The notes under the pieces are model-generated. The model had not been told where the DNA came from. It did no database searches and saw only the letters and a program-made list of their open reading frames with translations. 64,000 bases of DNA from Escherichia phage phiP4: sequence record PP993145.1; one strand, given 5' to 3'. Positions 42,879-52,365 of this stretch are shown here, one piece after another; position 1 is the first letter of the stretch; each line of letters begins with the position of its first letter. Position numbers and translations under genes: made by a program.

Positions 42879-43302
42879 AGTTATTAATGGCCTCTAAGAA
42901 GTTTTTCATAGTTTTTACGGTTGCGGTGCTTAGATCAAGATTTACACCCAAACACTCGGTTAATGCTTCCTGATAAGGAGCCTTCAATCTGCCTTCTGGG
43001 ACTTCTACCTTTTTATACTCTTTATTTTTGACCTTTTTAATCATAGTCTCTAGTACAAGAAGCGGTAATTTAGCACCTTCAATATCAGTACCCAAAAGTT
43101 CAGTTAAAATTTTATTAAGATCAAGACGAGTTAACTTTTTGCCCTTAGACATAGATGCACCTACCTTTGTATCAATAGATTTTTCCGCTTTCTTTTCGAG
43201 CTTTTTGTACTCAGGAGAGTCATGATCACGGAGTGCAATGTTTAGCTCGTAATGTGGTATACGAAAATGTTCCGCCATTTGAGTATAGAAACGATCAGAC
43301 AT
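42871..43302 (-). CDS. hypothetical protein, 143 aa
   Basis: ORF behind promoter 43336-43364. Confidence 0.45.
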   Translation of the reverse strand: MSDRFYTQMAEHFRIPHYELNIALRDHDSPEYKKLEKKAEKSIDTKVGASMSKGKKLTRLDLNKILTELLGTDIEGAKLPLLVLETMIKKVKNKEYKKVEVPEGRLKAPYQEALTECLGVNLDLSTATVKTMKNFLEAINNYE

Positions 43303-43335
43303 AATATATACCTCTCTTAACTAATTTATGTATAT

Positions 43336-43364
43336 ATTATATAATAACTAGGGCTAAAAGTCAA
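43336..43364 (-). promoter_or_regulatory. sigma70 early promoter (TTGACT-17-TATAAT)
   Basis: Hexamers read on minus strand. Confidence 0.55.
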
Positions 43365-43377
43365 CTACTTTTTTATC

Positions 43378-43794
43378 TTAATCTACTACATGTATAAATC
43401 TTTTCCTAACTAGATACATAGTTATTGGGTAAATTGAGTACATAAGTATCGGGGAGAAAAGGGTGAAATACGCTGTAACTCCCCCAGCTAACATCAAAGG
43501 TATTAATGCTAGAGTAAGGGCCATAAGAATCATGCCGAATGAAACAGCCAAAGCTATGGATATAGGATTCTCTAGTTCCATCCATAACCAACAATATTTC
43601 GTATCTCTATGGCAATTGCATTTACAAACGCCGAATGAACCCATAATTATATACTCTAGTCCGTGAATAACCTTTATTAATAAGCTATTTCGGGTAGTTA
43701 ATGCAAGGATAGTAAAGACTATCATTAAAACGAATACTACTAGACTTATTTTCCAGATACCTAGCAGCATCATAGTGAATAGTTCTGCAAACAT
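43378..43794 (-). CDS. multi-pass membrane protein, 138 aa
   Basis: Several hydrophobic helices. Confidence 0.45.
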   Translation of the reverse strand: MFAELFTMMLLGIWKISLVVFVLMIVFTILALTTRNSLLIKVIHGLEYIIMGSFGVCKCNCHRDTKYCWLWMELENPISIALAVSFGMILMALTLALIPLMLAGGVTAYFTLFSPILMYSIYPITMYLVRKRFIHVVD

Positions 43795-43871
43795 GGCTTT
43801 CTCCTATCTTTAAAAATTATTAAAGCCCCCTTTGCCTAAAAAGGCGGGAATATTCCCGCCTCAGTTATTAA

Positions 43872-44285
43872 TTAAACTAGTTCGACATGACCGCCATCAT
43901 AGGTACCACGTTTTATTTCATCGTGGTAATCTCCCGAAGCATTCCAATCAGCACCAAAACGAAGTTTAATGCCTAGTTCTTTACCAGCTTGTTCAAAAGC
44001 CTTTTTAACTGCCCAAAATGCTTCTAAATCATTCCAATCAATTTTGCCATTAATGTATGGAGCAAAATCAAGGGCATCCCCAGTAATATGCTTGCTTTTA
44101 CTAGGATCTTTTAAAAATGAAGTACCATTAGCAATATTCTGGGCACTTTGTGCTACTGTACGAATACCCTGTACGATTGTGAAATCATATGGAGATAATT
44201 CTAAAGCTCTACGAGCTACTTTTTGTAGCTCTGGCTTAACGGTAGCTAATTGTTTTTCGCTATTTTTACCAAATTTAAAACTCAT
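43872..44285 (-). CDS. endolysin, L-alanyl-D-glutamate peptidase (M15 family), 137 aa
   Basis: SKHITGDALDF zinc-peptidase motif; sequence matches my recollection of T5 EndoT5. Confidence 0.75.
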   Translation of the reverse strand: MSFKFGKNSEKQLATVKPELQKVARRALELSPYDFTIVQGIRTVAQSAQNIANGTSFLKDPSKSKHITGDALDFAPYINGKIDWNDLEAFWAVKKAFEQAGKELGIKLRFGADWNASGDYHDEIKRGTYDGGHVELV

Positions 44286-44938
44286 ATTGATCTACCTAAA
44301 GATCTCTGTTGTGGGGAACAGAGCTTTGTTAAATACTCGTTAAATTTCTCAGAATCGGCTGCATCTACAGGATTATCTTTCCAAGCAATACCAATATATC
44401 CAGCATAGATATTGTTTAGATTGAAATACGGACAAGTGTATATGTAATTAAAAGTAACGTTCTTAAACGCAGGTATATTTAACCCCATATATTTATTTAC
44501 TTTTACACTTAAATCCGATGCGTAGTTAAAGCCTTCCAAGTGACGTCTATATAGCTCAGACGTTTTATTTACCGCTTTATCGGCCAAGTCAGCCCTATCT
44601 AATTGCGCATTGCTTTCCCATGCAATAATGTTAGAATAATCATTAATGGCATCGGGTTTATACTTGACGACAAAAACAGCATCCGCACCCGTTTGAGAAA
44701 AGAGTACCATGCTCTTTTCTCTAGCTACATTAGGAAAGTTATCTATCCTTTGAGTTTGAACATCCTGTAGAACCGCAGACGTGGAGAAAGTCTTTAAGAA
44801 TGACATCACCTCGCTAGTATTACTAACAAATAAGAAAATAATGACAGCAACTAAGATAGTTAGCAGACGTTTAAGAAGCGATGCTGGATCTTTCGCTTCT
44901 TGGAGCAGTACCGTTAATAATTGTAAGAACTTTTCCAA
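44282..44938 (-). CDS. holin (putative), 218 aa
   Basis: Directly upstream of endolysin gene with overlap; N-terminal TM segment. Confidence 0.5.
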   Translation of the reverse strand: MEKFLQLLTVLLQEAKDPASLLKRLLTILVAVIIFLFVSNTSEVMSFLKTFSTSAVLQDVQTQRIDNFPNVAREKSMVLFSQTGADAVFVVKYKPDAINDYSNIIAWESNAQLDRADLADKAVNKTSELYRRHLEGFNYASDLSVKVNKYMGLNIPAFKNVTFNYIYTCPYFNLNNIYAGYIGIAWKDNPVDAADSEKFNEYLTKLCSPQQRSLGRSI

Positions 44939-45051
44939 TTGTAACCTCCTCTAACCAGTACCATTATACTAATTTTGGAGGAAAATTACAATGTGTTTTT
45001 AAAGATCACTTCTGGAGCATAAAATTTTGTCGTTGTCAAGAAGAATTTTAG

Positions 45052-45085
45052 ATAAAAGAAAAGCCAGGGTCGTTAAACCCTGGCT
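45052..45085 (-). terminator. intrinsic terminator (agccaggg/ccctggct hairpin)
   Basis: Hairpin plus U-run downstream of 45095 gene. Confidence 0.55.
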
Positions 45086-45094
45086 TAAAACTAC

Positions 45095-45694
45095 TTACTC
45101 TTCTTTATGCTCCTCTGATTGAGGTAACTGGGCTTTATTATATTGCTCAGATCGATATTTTGCCAAGATTTCAATACGCTTATGGATTTCTTTGCTATCT
45201 AGATAGATATTTTTGTTGTCTTTTACCATCTCGTCGATTTCGTCTATTGAGAAGAACGGATAGTAGACATCTAGCATCATATCTTCTACGAACTTGTTGT
45301 AAGATTCATAGGCTTTCTTGATTTCTTGACCCTTCTCACAGAATCCGCCAGAGAACGTGTGTCCCATTAGCGTAGCATGTGGATGTACTACCCACCCATG
45401 GCAGGATAAGAAAATTGTGCAGTAAGCAGAAGCACTAGGACCAACCAGATGTCCTATAACTGTTCCACGGCAATTAGCAATTAAGTTAGATAACTGTGCA
45501 GCAGTATCAACATAACCACCCGGGCCATTAATCATCAGATTAATTTCGTCGTCCTCATGTGCCTGCATAAGTACCATTGATAAATCACGGTATTCATCAG
45601 GTGGACCTAATTCTTCATCAAAGAAAAAGGTATACTCATTAGATTGGCGAATGGAGTGAAACAGGTTAGTCTTTTCTTCTTTTTTATTAGTCAT
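45095..45694 (-). CDS. ClpP-like serine peptidase, 199 aa
   Basis: INGPGG...GPSAS...VHPHATLMGH arrangement resembles ClpP. Confidence 0.5.
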   Translation of the reverse strand: MTNKKEEKTNLFHSIRQSNEYTFFFDEELGPPDEYRDLSMVLMQAHEDDEINLMINGPGGYVDTAAQLSNLIANCRGTVIGHLVGPSASAYCTIFLSCHGWVVHPHATLMGHTFSGGFCEKGQEIKKAYESYNKFVEDMMLDVYYPFFSIDEIDEMVKDNKNIYLDSKEIHKRIEILAKYRSEQYNKAQLPQSEEHKEE

Positions 45695-45706
45695 AGCGAT
45701 CCTTGA

Positions 45707-46459
45707 TTATCCAACTAGTGGTTCTAGCTCTAAGTCACAGAAGTTATAAACTTCTAGTTTAAGGTTATTGATACCATCGAATTTATTAACTAATTCGTGA
45801 GTAATATATTTTGCAGGAATACCACTTTCAGATGGATGATCTGATTTAATAGTGAACTTCTGCTCAGCGGGCACTACATTTACTATCAAAGAATCCATAT
45901 CTAAATGGTTTGTTTCTCTGAGTAACTCTCCTTCATTGGGGAATCTAACATCTGTTATTACGGCGACATCTGGGTCGTCTTTAGCGATGGATTGCTCCAG
46001 AATTATGAGCCAAATGCGTTCATGCACCAGCTGCCTTCCTAGCTCTGTCCCTACGAGCTGTAACATTTTTCTCGGAGAAATAAATAAACTATAAAGTCCG
46101 TCTTCTTTATTCTCTGAGATAAGTTGTTGAGGATTAAGGTATTTTTCCTCAAAAATAGGCCAAACGTACGAGAAGTCTTCAAACTTATCGATACCGTACT
46201 TAAACCATACATCTCTGGCTCGCTCCAATTGAGATTGTGTGACCGTAAACCATTGGTCAATCTCTTTTCCTCTGCGCTCTCCTAGAAACTCTGGAGTTAC
46301 ACCGAGGATTACGGATGCAAGTTCATAAACTGGCTTAGCAAAACTATAACGACGAGAAAAACACGTTGGATACGTGTCATTACACCAATCGATAATTAAT
46401 TTTGCAACGGTATCTTTTCCCGAACCAGCTTCACCATGTAAACCGACTAATACTGACAT
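45707..46459 (-). CDS. deoxynucleoside monophosphate kinase, 250 aa
   Basis: P-loop GEAGSGKDT; size matches T5 dNMP kinase. Confidence 0.65.
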   Translation of the reverse strand: MSVLVGLHGEAGSGKDTVAKLIIDWCNDTYPTCFSRRYSFAKPVYELASVILGVTPEFLGERRGKEIDQWFTVTQSQLERARDVWFKYGIDKFEDFSYVWPIFEEKYLNPQQLISENKEDGLYSLFISPRKMLQLVGTELGRQLVHERIWLIILEQSIAKDDPDVAVITDVRFPNEGELLRETNHLDMDSLIVNVVPAEQKFTIKSDHPSESGIPAKYITHELVNKFDGINNLKLEVYNFCDLELEPLVG

Positions 46460-46812
46460 TAATCTTTCCTATTGTTAATTGGTGGATAATATACTAAACA
46501 ACGTTTTTCTTGCAAATCTTGACGATAGAAGCAAACCATACTTGTCAGTCGTGAAATATATGAATATTCTGCCTCACGGCATTTTGCCAACATATTCCAA
46601 TCTTTATATGGTACAACAACTACTACGCCATCTTCTCCATTTGTAGCTAATTTCTTTTCAAACTTAAAGTCAAAGCTACAAGGTTGAAGTCCTTTAGGCC
46701 AATCTACATGAGCTGTTGGTAACTCATGTGAGGGTTCTGACTCTATTTCTTGTGCACAGCCTGTGATTGTGATTGCGGCTGCGAGCAGTATTCCAAGTTT
46801 CCAGTTAAACAT
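46459..46812 (-). CDS. lipoprotein, possible o-spanin-like, 117 aa
   Basis: Signal peptide with lipobox ITGC; overlaps upstream gene by 70 nt. Confidence 0.35.
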   Translation of the reverse strand: MFNWKLGILLAAAITITGCAQEIESEPSHELPTAHVDWPKGLQPCSFDFKFEKKLATNGEDGVVVVVPYKDWNMLAKCREAEYSYISRLTSMVCFYRQDLQEKRCLVYYPPINNRKD

Positions 46813-47192
46813 GCTAATCTTTCCTCGAACTCTTTACTCTGCTTTTTAGCAATTAATGTTACCAATCCAGGCTTTGCAGCTATAATGTCTTGACGACTAA
46901 GTGCTTTATCAAGCTGACTAATTTTCTTATCTAAGTCTGCTTGAGAAATATTATTCATCGTGAAATACTGATTCATTCTAGTCTCACGAAGTTCACTTTC
47001 AGCTTTCACCTTATTAAGGGAAGTCTCTAGAGAAGAAATCTTTTTAGTAGCTACTGCAAGATCTCCCGCTAAAGTCTCCACTTTATCTACTAAGTGATAA
47101 GCACCGAATCCGATGCCTATCGCTAGACCTGCTCCCAGGATATACCACTTACCGTGCCATATTCCTGAAAGAAGTTTTTGTATCAAATCCAT
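46743..47192 (-). CDS. membrane-anchored coiled-coil protein, possible i-spanin-like, 149 aa
   Basis: N-terminal TM then coiled coil; overlapping-gene architecture. Confidence 0.35.
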   Translation of the reverse strand: MDLIQKLLSGIWHGKWYILGAGLAIGIGFGAYHLVDKVETLAGDLAVATKKISSLETSLNKVKAESELRETRMNQYFTMNNISQADLDKKISQLDKALSRQDIIAAKPGLVTLIAKKQSKEFEERLACLTGNLEYCSQPQSQSQAVHKK

Positions 47193-47847
47193 GCGCTGCT
47201 AACCTGTCTTTATCTGATACTTTAATCATATCAGGCTCACCAGTTCCTAGTACACCGAAGATATACTGTTCGAGAACTTGGTGTAAACGGTATAAGTTAC
47301 TTTCAATTTCCTGCCACGGAATACCTGACTGATGGAAACGAATGTTAGTCTGAATTACGAAGTTACGAACATCATCGTTATCGTTCTTTTTAATACCTTT
47401 CACATATGCAATCGGTACGCGCAGTTCGGATAAGATACGTTCTGCTTTAGGTTTTGCTTCAGCTAGCAGATCACGCATTGTTTCACGAACATCTCCACGA
47501 CTCTTATCCATTAAGTAAGAGCGAGCATGCAATCCCATCTCTTCCATTTTATCGAACATAGTGTCGAGATTAAACGTTTTGAAGCTAAATGCTGGATGCC
47601 AGCAGTACAGCTCGTGTAACCAGTAAACTTCACCTGCAACAAACAGTGGATTTACGAAGTATTCGAAATCACCACGGAAAGATAGTGAACCATCACGAAA
47701 TACCTGGCGAGTATGCACAATGTTCTTTTCTGCATCATCGGTTACTTTAACCAGCAACTCCTCAGTTTTACGTTCCCACACACGATCTGGGTCGAACAAA
47801 CTGTTCTGCAAATCATACACATCGGCGAACTTAGAAATAATCCTCAT
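47149..47847 (-). CDS. hypothetical protein, 232 aa
   Basis: ORF behind promoter 47869-47897. Confidence 0.45.
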   Translation of the reverse strand: MRIISKFADVYDLQNSLFDPDRVWERKTEELLVKVTDDAEKNIVHTRQVFRDGSLSFRGDFEYFVNPLFVAGEVYWLHELYCWHPAFSFKTFNLDTMFDKMEEMGLHARSYLMDKSRGDVRETMRDLLAEAKPKAERILSELRVPIAYVKGIKKNDNDDVRNFVIQTNIRFHQSGIPWQEIESNLYRLHQVLEQYIFGVLGTGEPDMIKVSDKDRLAAHGFDTKTSFRNMAR

Positions 47848-47868
47848 ATTTAATCCTCTTGCCTCAAT

Positions 47869-47897
47869 CTATAAACATATTATACAAAAGTTTGGGC
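47869..47897 (-). promoter_or_regulatory. sigma70 early promoter (TTGCTT-17-TATAAT)
   Basis: Hexamers read on minus strand. Confidence 0.55.
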
Positions 47898-47920
47898 ATC
47901 TAAGCAACTAAAATTTTATT

Positions 47921-47957
47921 ATAAAAATAGCCCAGTCGCAAAAGTGCAGGCTGGGCT
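47921..47957 (-). terminator. intrinsic terminator (agcccag/ctgggct hairpin)
   Basis: Hairpin plus U-run. Confidence 0.5.
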
Positions 47958-48001
47958 TTGTCATTATTTGCTTTTGCTAGTAAGTTGATTTAGTATCAAT
48001 C

Positions 48002-48382
48002 TTATGTAATATTAGTTTCTCTAGCTTTGCGTAGTACCCCTGCGTTTCTCCACAATTTGATGTCAGCAACTGTTTCTTTATATGGAGCAATGGTAGAACC
48101 AATTGGGCCAGCAACTAATAACCCAAAGAACCCTACAATACGCATGTAGAACAAGCATTCTTTGGCTGTCATATTATTTACTGCTTTTTTCTGCTTTTCA
48201 TCTTTAAACTTCTGTTCTTGATCATCAATACGTAGATACTTAATAAACCATTCAGCAGAATATTCGTCCAAATGTCTAATAATAGCTATCGCATATACAG
48301 CACCGATTAAAAACCAAGTTGTAACAAGAATTAGTAATATAGTCATATTATCTCCAGTTATGGCTAGCAGCCACCTCACCAC
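48002..48382 (-). CDS. membrane protein, 126 aa
   Basis: Hydrophobic helices. Confidence 0.4.
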   Translation of the reverse strand: MVRWLLAITGDNMTILLILVTTWFLIGAVYAIAIIRHLDEYSAEWFIKYLRIDDQEQKFKDEKQKKAVNNMTAKECLFYMRIVGFFGLLVAGPIGSTIAPYKETVADIKLWRNAGVLRKARETNIT

Positions 48383-48456
48383 TTACCGCACTAAGGGGCA
48401 CGACTCCCTTATCCGTAACAGTTGCAGGTGACGCAACTCGGTCCTACGCGAGTTCT

Positions 48457-48741
48457 TTAAGTATTCTGCATTTCAGCTTTAAATTTTTTCATATTACGAG
48501 TTTTTCTATAAAAGAAAAACACAGATGTTGGGCCTAGAAGAATATCTACAATAAATATCATAGATCTAGCACATCTGAGTAATGTTTTATCATCAAGAGG
48601 TGGCAGATCTAACGGTCGAGTTTTATGTATAACGTATAATATTACATCTTTATTCTTAGAAATATACAGATCATCAACCAAGCTGTAAATAGCAACCACA
48701 GATCCAATGACGAACCAAAGAGCAAATGGAGAGATAATCAT
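48457..48741 (-). CDS. membrane protein, 94 aa
   Basis: Hydrophobic helices. Confidence 0.4.
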   Translation of the reverse strand: MIISPFALWFVIGSVVAIYSLVDDLYISKNKDVILYVIHKTRPLDLPPLDDKTLLRCARSMIFIVDILLGPTSVFFFYRKTRNMKKFKAEMQNT

Positions 48742-49034
48742 TTCAGATCCTTTTCATTAATTAGAATATTAGTAAACAGTGGAGTAAATCCTAGACTCAT
48801 AGTGGGTCCAAAGGTTTTCATAGCTACCCATAACTGCAGGGTAATCATCCCATCTTTAATCTCTGGATCTTTATATTCACCAATACGTTTTTTGGCAAAG
48901 GCAACTACATCTGGGTTATTTTTATTTTCCTGAATATAGTCATGCCAAAACTGAGTATTCTCACTACGTAGGAATGTTAAAACATCCTTAGTTGCTGGGA
49001 TCTGCACTGTGCTGTTGATGTTTAGTCTTTTCAC
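48738..49034 (-). CDS. hypothetical protein, 98 aa
   Basis: ORF. Confidence 0.35.
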   Translation of the reverse strand: MKRLNINSTVQIPATKDVLTFLRSENTQFWHDYIQENKNNPDVVAFAKKRIGEYKDPEIKDGMITLQLWVAMKTFGPTMSLGFTPLFTNILINEKDLK

Positions 49035-49431
49035 GTTCTTCTCTCCGACGTTTACTTTCTTTCATCATATGAGCTGCTACAACTTCATGGTAGTAGTCAT
49101 TAATGTTACCTTCTGGCAAGAAATGCTTAATAGTCTCTAACTGACAAATAACTCGATGAAGATGGTTATTTGGTAGACACAATTTTATACCTGCAACAAA
49201 TCCTGAGAAGCCTGGAATACTGAACATGGGTTTGGCTTCTACTCTACCTTCAGAGTTGATGTTAAGCTCAATTGAAATACCCATTTTCATGCTATAAAGC
49301 TGGCAATATTCTCCATTACCAGACCTTGACCAAACAGTGAAGTCCTCATCAATTTGATCTTGGATTTCTGTAATTGCAAATTTAATTCTAGGGTCTAAAT
49401 TATTCATCTTCACCTTCAAAGTCGCAATCAT
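48988..49431 (-). CDS. hypothetical protein, 147 aa
   Basis: ORF. Confidence 0.35.
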   Translation of the reverse strand: MIATLKVKMNNLDPRIKFAITEIQDQIDEDFTVWSRSGNGEYCQLYSMKMGISIELNINSEGRVEAKPMFSIPGFSGFVAGIKLCLPNNHLHRVICQLETIKHFLPEGNINDYYHEVVAAHMMKESKRRREEREKTKHQQHSADPSN

Positions 49432-49786
49432 AACGACAAGTAAAAGAATCAGAACTATTAGTACGTTGAGTGGTTATTTCACCGCGTTTGCTAATAGTAA
49501 CGGCTGGAGTAGAGAAGTTTTTATTAGTATATATTTCTACTTTACCATTACGTTCCTTAACATCACGAACTTTACCATACTCGGTAATAATGCCGTTCTG
49601 TTGGACTTTAACATTACCATTTTTCATAGAAACTTTGGTAGACGCCAGAGAACCGAAACTAACTGCGGAGATCATCAGTGCAATAATAAACTTATTCATC
49701 TTCATCCTCCCCACTACAATCACGACATACATCATAATCGTTGAAAGAACGTTCGTGGGCTTCACACCACCAAGAACAAGAATCAC
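49400..49786 (-). CDS. secreted protein with signal peptide, 128 aa
   Basis: Signal-peptide-like MKMNKFIIALMISAVSFGSLAS downstream of N-terminal extension. Confidence 0.35.
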   Translation of the reverse strand: MILVLGGVKPTNVLSTIMMYVVIVVGRMKMNKFIIALMISAVSFGSLASTKVSMKNGNVKVQQNGIITEYGKVRDVKERNGKVEIYTNKNFSTPAVTISKRGEITTQRTNSSDSFTCRYDCDFEGEDE

Positions 49787-49973
49787 AGAGAAACATTTCG
49801 GTTTTCTCCAGTGCTTGACCTAAAAGATCATCAGCTTCCTCAGCAGTAATCTTCAATCCGCACACATCTGCCACACGTTCTTTAATTAAACGACCTGCTT
49901 CGTGGTAAGACATACAGGTTCCCGCAACATCATGTTCAAGAACATGAACAGCACAGTCTAGACGAGTTTTCAT
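49692..49973 (-). CDS. Cys-rich acidic protein, 93 aa
   Basis: CDSCSWWC...CRDC cluster; behind promoter 50004-50032. Confidence 0.4.
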   Translation of the reverse strand: MKTRLDCAVHVLEHDVAGTCMSYHEAGRLIKERVADVCGLKITAEEADDLLGQALEKTEMFLCDSCSWWCEAHERSFNDYDVCRDCSGEDEDE

Positions 49974-50003
49974 TTCAAACCTCTCTCATCAATTTATAAA
50001 CAT

Positions 50004-50032
50004 ATTATAGCAAGAAAAGAGAGGTTTAGCAA
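50004..50032 (-). promoter_or_regulatory. sigma70 early promoter (TTGCTA-17-TATAAT)
   Basis: -35 at 50032-50027, -10 at 50009-50004 on minus strand. Confidence 0.6.
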
Positions 50033-50049
50033 ATGAATTATTTCAGAAT

Positions 50050-50397
50050 TTAGTCATAGCACCACCATAACCCACGTTTACGCATGTCATGATCGCGATT
50101 ATAATCATAATTTTCTGGATCTTTCATCACGCGGTGGAGTTCTTGACGATTCCCTTGACGAACCATTTTATTAGAATGCCACTTAACATTCTTACTAATA
50201 GAATTCCAGTTATAACCATCCTTTTTCTCATTACGAATGGTTGCTTCCTTCATTTCTTTTTTGATGTCGTCCCAGGATTTGGCATAAATAACACGAATCC
50301 AGTAGCCATTTTCTTTGAGGAAAGAATATTCTTGAGAGAATTGTTCTTTAGACTTCCACCACTGATCACCAGATTGTCTACGATAAGTACGGCTCAT
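50050..50397 (-). CDS. hypothetical basic protein, 115 aa
   Basis: ORF. Confidence 0.4.
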   Translation of the reverse strand: MSRTYRRQSGDQWWKSKEQFSQEYSFLKENGYWIRVIYAKSWDDIKKEMKEATIRNEKKDGYNWNSISKNVKWHSNKMVRQGNRQELHRVMKDPENYDYNRDHDMRKRGLWWCYD

Positions 50398-50462
50398 ATT
50401 ACCTCCATTAAGTCTTTTAAATTAACCTAATGTGGATGAATTTTATTATACATATATTATGT

Positions 50463-50499
50463 ACCTTTATACAGAAAAACCCCAGACTACTTATTCAAT
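50463..50499 (-). terminator. intrinsic terminator (aaccccag/ctggggtt hairpin)
   Basis: Hairpin plus U-run. Confidence 0.5.
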
Positions 50500-50518
50500 A
50501 GCTGGGGTTTGTTATTAA

Positions 50519-50824
50519 TTACAGATCGGGGCGTTCATCTTCGAACGCTACGAAGCCATCAAATTCATCATTTGAAATACCACCAGTATAGGTGATGTCC
50601 GCAATCATCGCTTCCATTTTCCTGATCTCCGAGGTTTTCATACCTGCTTTACTATTCTTATAATATTTGCGAGGGTTCCCACACATCCAACAAGAACAGA
50701 TGCAAGGAGTAGTAGTGATAATACCTAACCGCTTAGGGCTTTCTTCATGTGGAAAGACTGTCCAATACTTCTTACGGTTGTTCTTCACACGTTGCCGGTG
50801 ATGGCGTCTTAATGCTCGATCCAC
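50519..50824 (-). CDS. hypothetical protein with CxC cluster, 101 aa
   Basis: ORF. Confidence 0.4.
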   Translation of the reverse strand: MDRALRRHHRQRVKNNRKKYWTVFPHEESPKRLGIITTTPCICSCWMCGNPRKYYKNSKAGMKTSEIRKMEAMIADITYTGGISNDEFDGFVAFEDERPDL

Positions 50825-50905
50825 ACATTTCTCCTAAAACTTGGGAGATAAACGGAGTTTGCTCGACTACCTTGCGTAGCTGGGAGAAATCGTATCCAAA
50901 CCCCA

Positions 50906-51274
50906 TTACATCGCCTGAGTAAATGTACGACTAATAACGTCGTTCTGTTGTTCACGAGTCAGTGCATTAAATCGAACAGCGTAGCCAGAGACACGGATGG
51001 TCAACTGAGGATATTTTTCAGGATGTTTCTGCGCATCCAAAAGCTGATCACGGCTTAACACATTGACATTTAGGTGCTGACCACCTTCGATTTGAGGGAC
51101 GACTTCCACCTTAACTTCACGGAAGGATTCAGGATCGAATTGCGGTGTGATACCTTCTAGATCTTCAACTAGAACTTTCTGTTTAAGTTCACCGTTGTCG
51201 GAGTATAGCTGAATAATCTGATTTTCATGAACAAGGTTAATTACGCCAGATTTAAGATTTTGATATGCTTTCAT
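50906..51274 (-). CDS. grcA: autonomous glycyl radical cofactor (GrcA/YfiD-like), 122 aa
   Basis: C-terminal [11 protein letters not shown]...[20 protein letters not shown] closely matches GrcA glycyl-radical domain. Confidence 0.75.
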   Translation of the reverse strand: MKAYQNLKSGVINLVHENQIIQLYSDNGELKQKVLVEDLEGITPQFDPESFREVKVEVVPQIEGGQHLNVNVLSRDQLLDAQKHPEKYPQLTIRVSGYAVRFNALTREQQNDVISRTFTQAM

Positions 51275-51316
51275 TAGATCTCCCCGATGTTAGAATTTGG
51301 CTCAGCTTTTTATTCT

Positions 51317-51511
51317 TTATACTTTTCCATAGTATACGGAAACTGTCTTACCAGTTTGGTTCATGACATATGCTACTTCATCTTCTTTTAAAAAGATGGC
51401 TTGGTCTACTCCAACTATAGCCAATCTTTTATTTCTAGGATTAAAGCTTACACTTTTGCCTGTATGAATCTGTTCCCCATTCTTGGCTGACATTATTTTA
51501 ATTGTTAACAT
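51317..51511 (-). CDS. hypothetical protein, 64 aa
   Basis: ORF. Confidence 0.35.
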   Translation of the reverse strand: MLTIKIMSAKNGEQIHTGKSVSFNPRNKRLAIVGVDQAIFLKEDEVAYVMNQTGKTVSVYYGKV

Positions 51512-51549
51512 AGCTGCTCCTAAATTTAGCTATCTCTAGCTATTTTAAT

Positions 51550-51625
51550 GGTAGTTAGTAGTGGATTTGAACCACTGTAATCGCTCCGTATGAAGGAGGT
51601 GCATAACCGCTCTGCCAACTAACTA
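51550..51625 (-). tRNA. tRNA-Met/Ile2 (anticodon CAT)
   Basis: Hand fold: acceptor AGTTAGT/ACTAACT, T-arm AGTGG-TTCAAAT-CCACT, loop TTCATAC, CCA encoded. Confidence 0.65.
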
Positions 51626-51720
51626 TTATGTTTTACTAGACTAAGTAAGTATTCTTTATACTCTTTAGTCCAATTAGCTTTTTTAAACTTTCCTGGACGC
51701 ATAGTCTTAATTCCTAAATT

Positions 51721-51797
51721 TGGTACTCCGGGAGGGATTTAAACCCCCGATCTCTCGGTTATCAGCCGAGTGCTTTAGATCGCTAAGCTACCGAAGT
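51721..51797 (-). tRNA. tRNA-Ile (anticodon GAT)
   Basis: Anticodon stem CTCGG/CCGAG loop CTGATAA; CCA encoded. Confidence 0.7.
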
Positions 51798-51798
51798 A

Positions 51799-52026
51799 TT
51801 AACATTTTACAGCAGAACGTTTGCCATTTCTAGGCGCACCTGGAAGTCGTGCACGTTCTGCCATTATTCGCTTAATCTTTGAGATATTTTCTAGTGTTTG
51901 TTTTTCAGGCTTAATACCTGAAACACTACACCACTGACTACCATCCCATGCGGTAATGATCATAACACCATTACTCATGATCTTTTCTGTGAAAGTAATC
52001 CTCATTATAGCAACTCGTCTAAGCAA
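51799..52026 (-). CDS. hypothetical protein, 75 aa
   Basis: ORF between tRNA genes. Confidence 0.3.
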   Translation of the reverse strand: MLRRVAIMRITFTEKIMSNGVMIITAWDGSQWCSVSGIKPEKQTLENISKIKRIMAERARLPGAPRNGKRSAVKC

Positions 52027-52298
52027 GAGGTATATTTAAGTTTACCATCTTTATCTACTTTGATTTCGACTTCCGCTCGTGGTACTTGACGAACTACACC
52101 ATGAATCATCTTATAGCGAATGCCTTTAGCTGGTTCATGCTCTTTTGGAAATACTTGCTTAACCGTTACTACCTTGAAACCCTCACGCGGTGTTAACACT
52201 ACTACTTGATCACCTTTTTTGATCTTCCAAGAGCTAGGAAATTCATAGGTATAGCGTTGACCACCAGTTTGGAACACAACAGAAAGATAACGTTTCAT
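52005..52298 (-). CDS. hypothetical protein, 97 aa
   Basis: ORF behind promoter 52329-52357. Confidence 0.4.
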   Translation of the reverse strand: MKRYLSVVFQTGGQRYTYEFPSSWKIKKGDQVVVLTPREGFKVVTVKQVFPKEHEPAKGIRYKMIHGVVRQVPRAEVEIKVDKDGKLKYTSCLDELL

Positions 52299-52328
52299 TT
52301 GGTTTCCCTCTCATTAATTTATATAAAT

Positions 52329-52357
52329 ATTATAACAAGAAATAAGAGAGAAAGCAA
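52329..52357 (-). promoter_or_regulatory. sigma70 early promoter (TTGCTT-17-TATAAT)
   Basis: Hexamers read on minus strand. Confidence 0.55.
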
Positions 52358-52365
52358 ATGAATTT

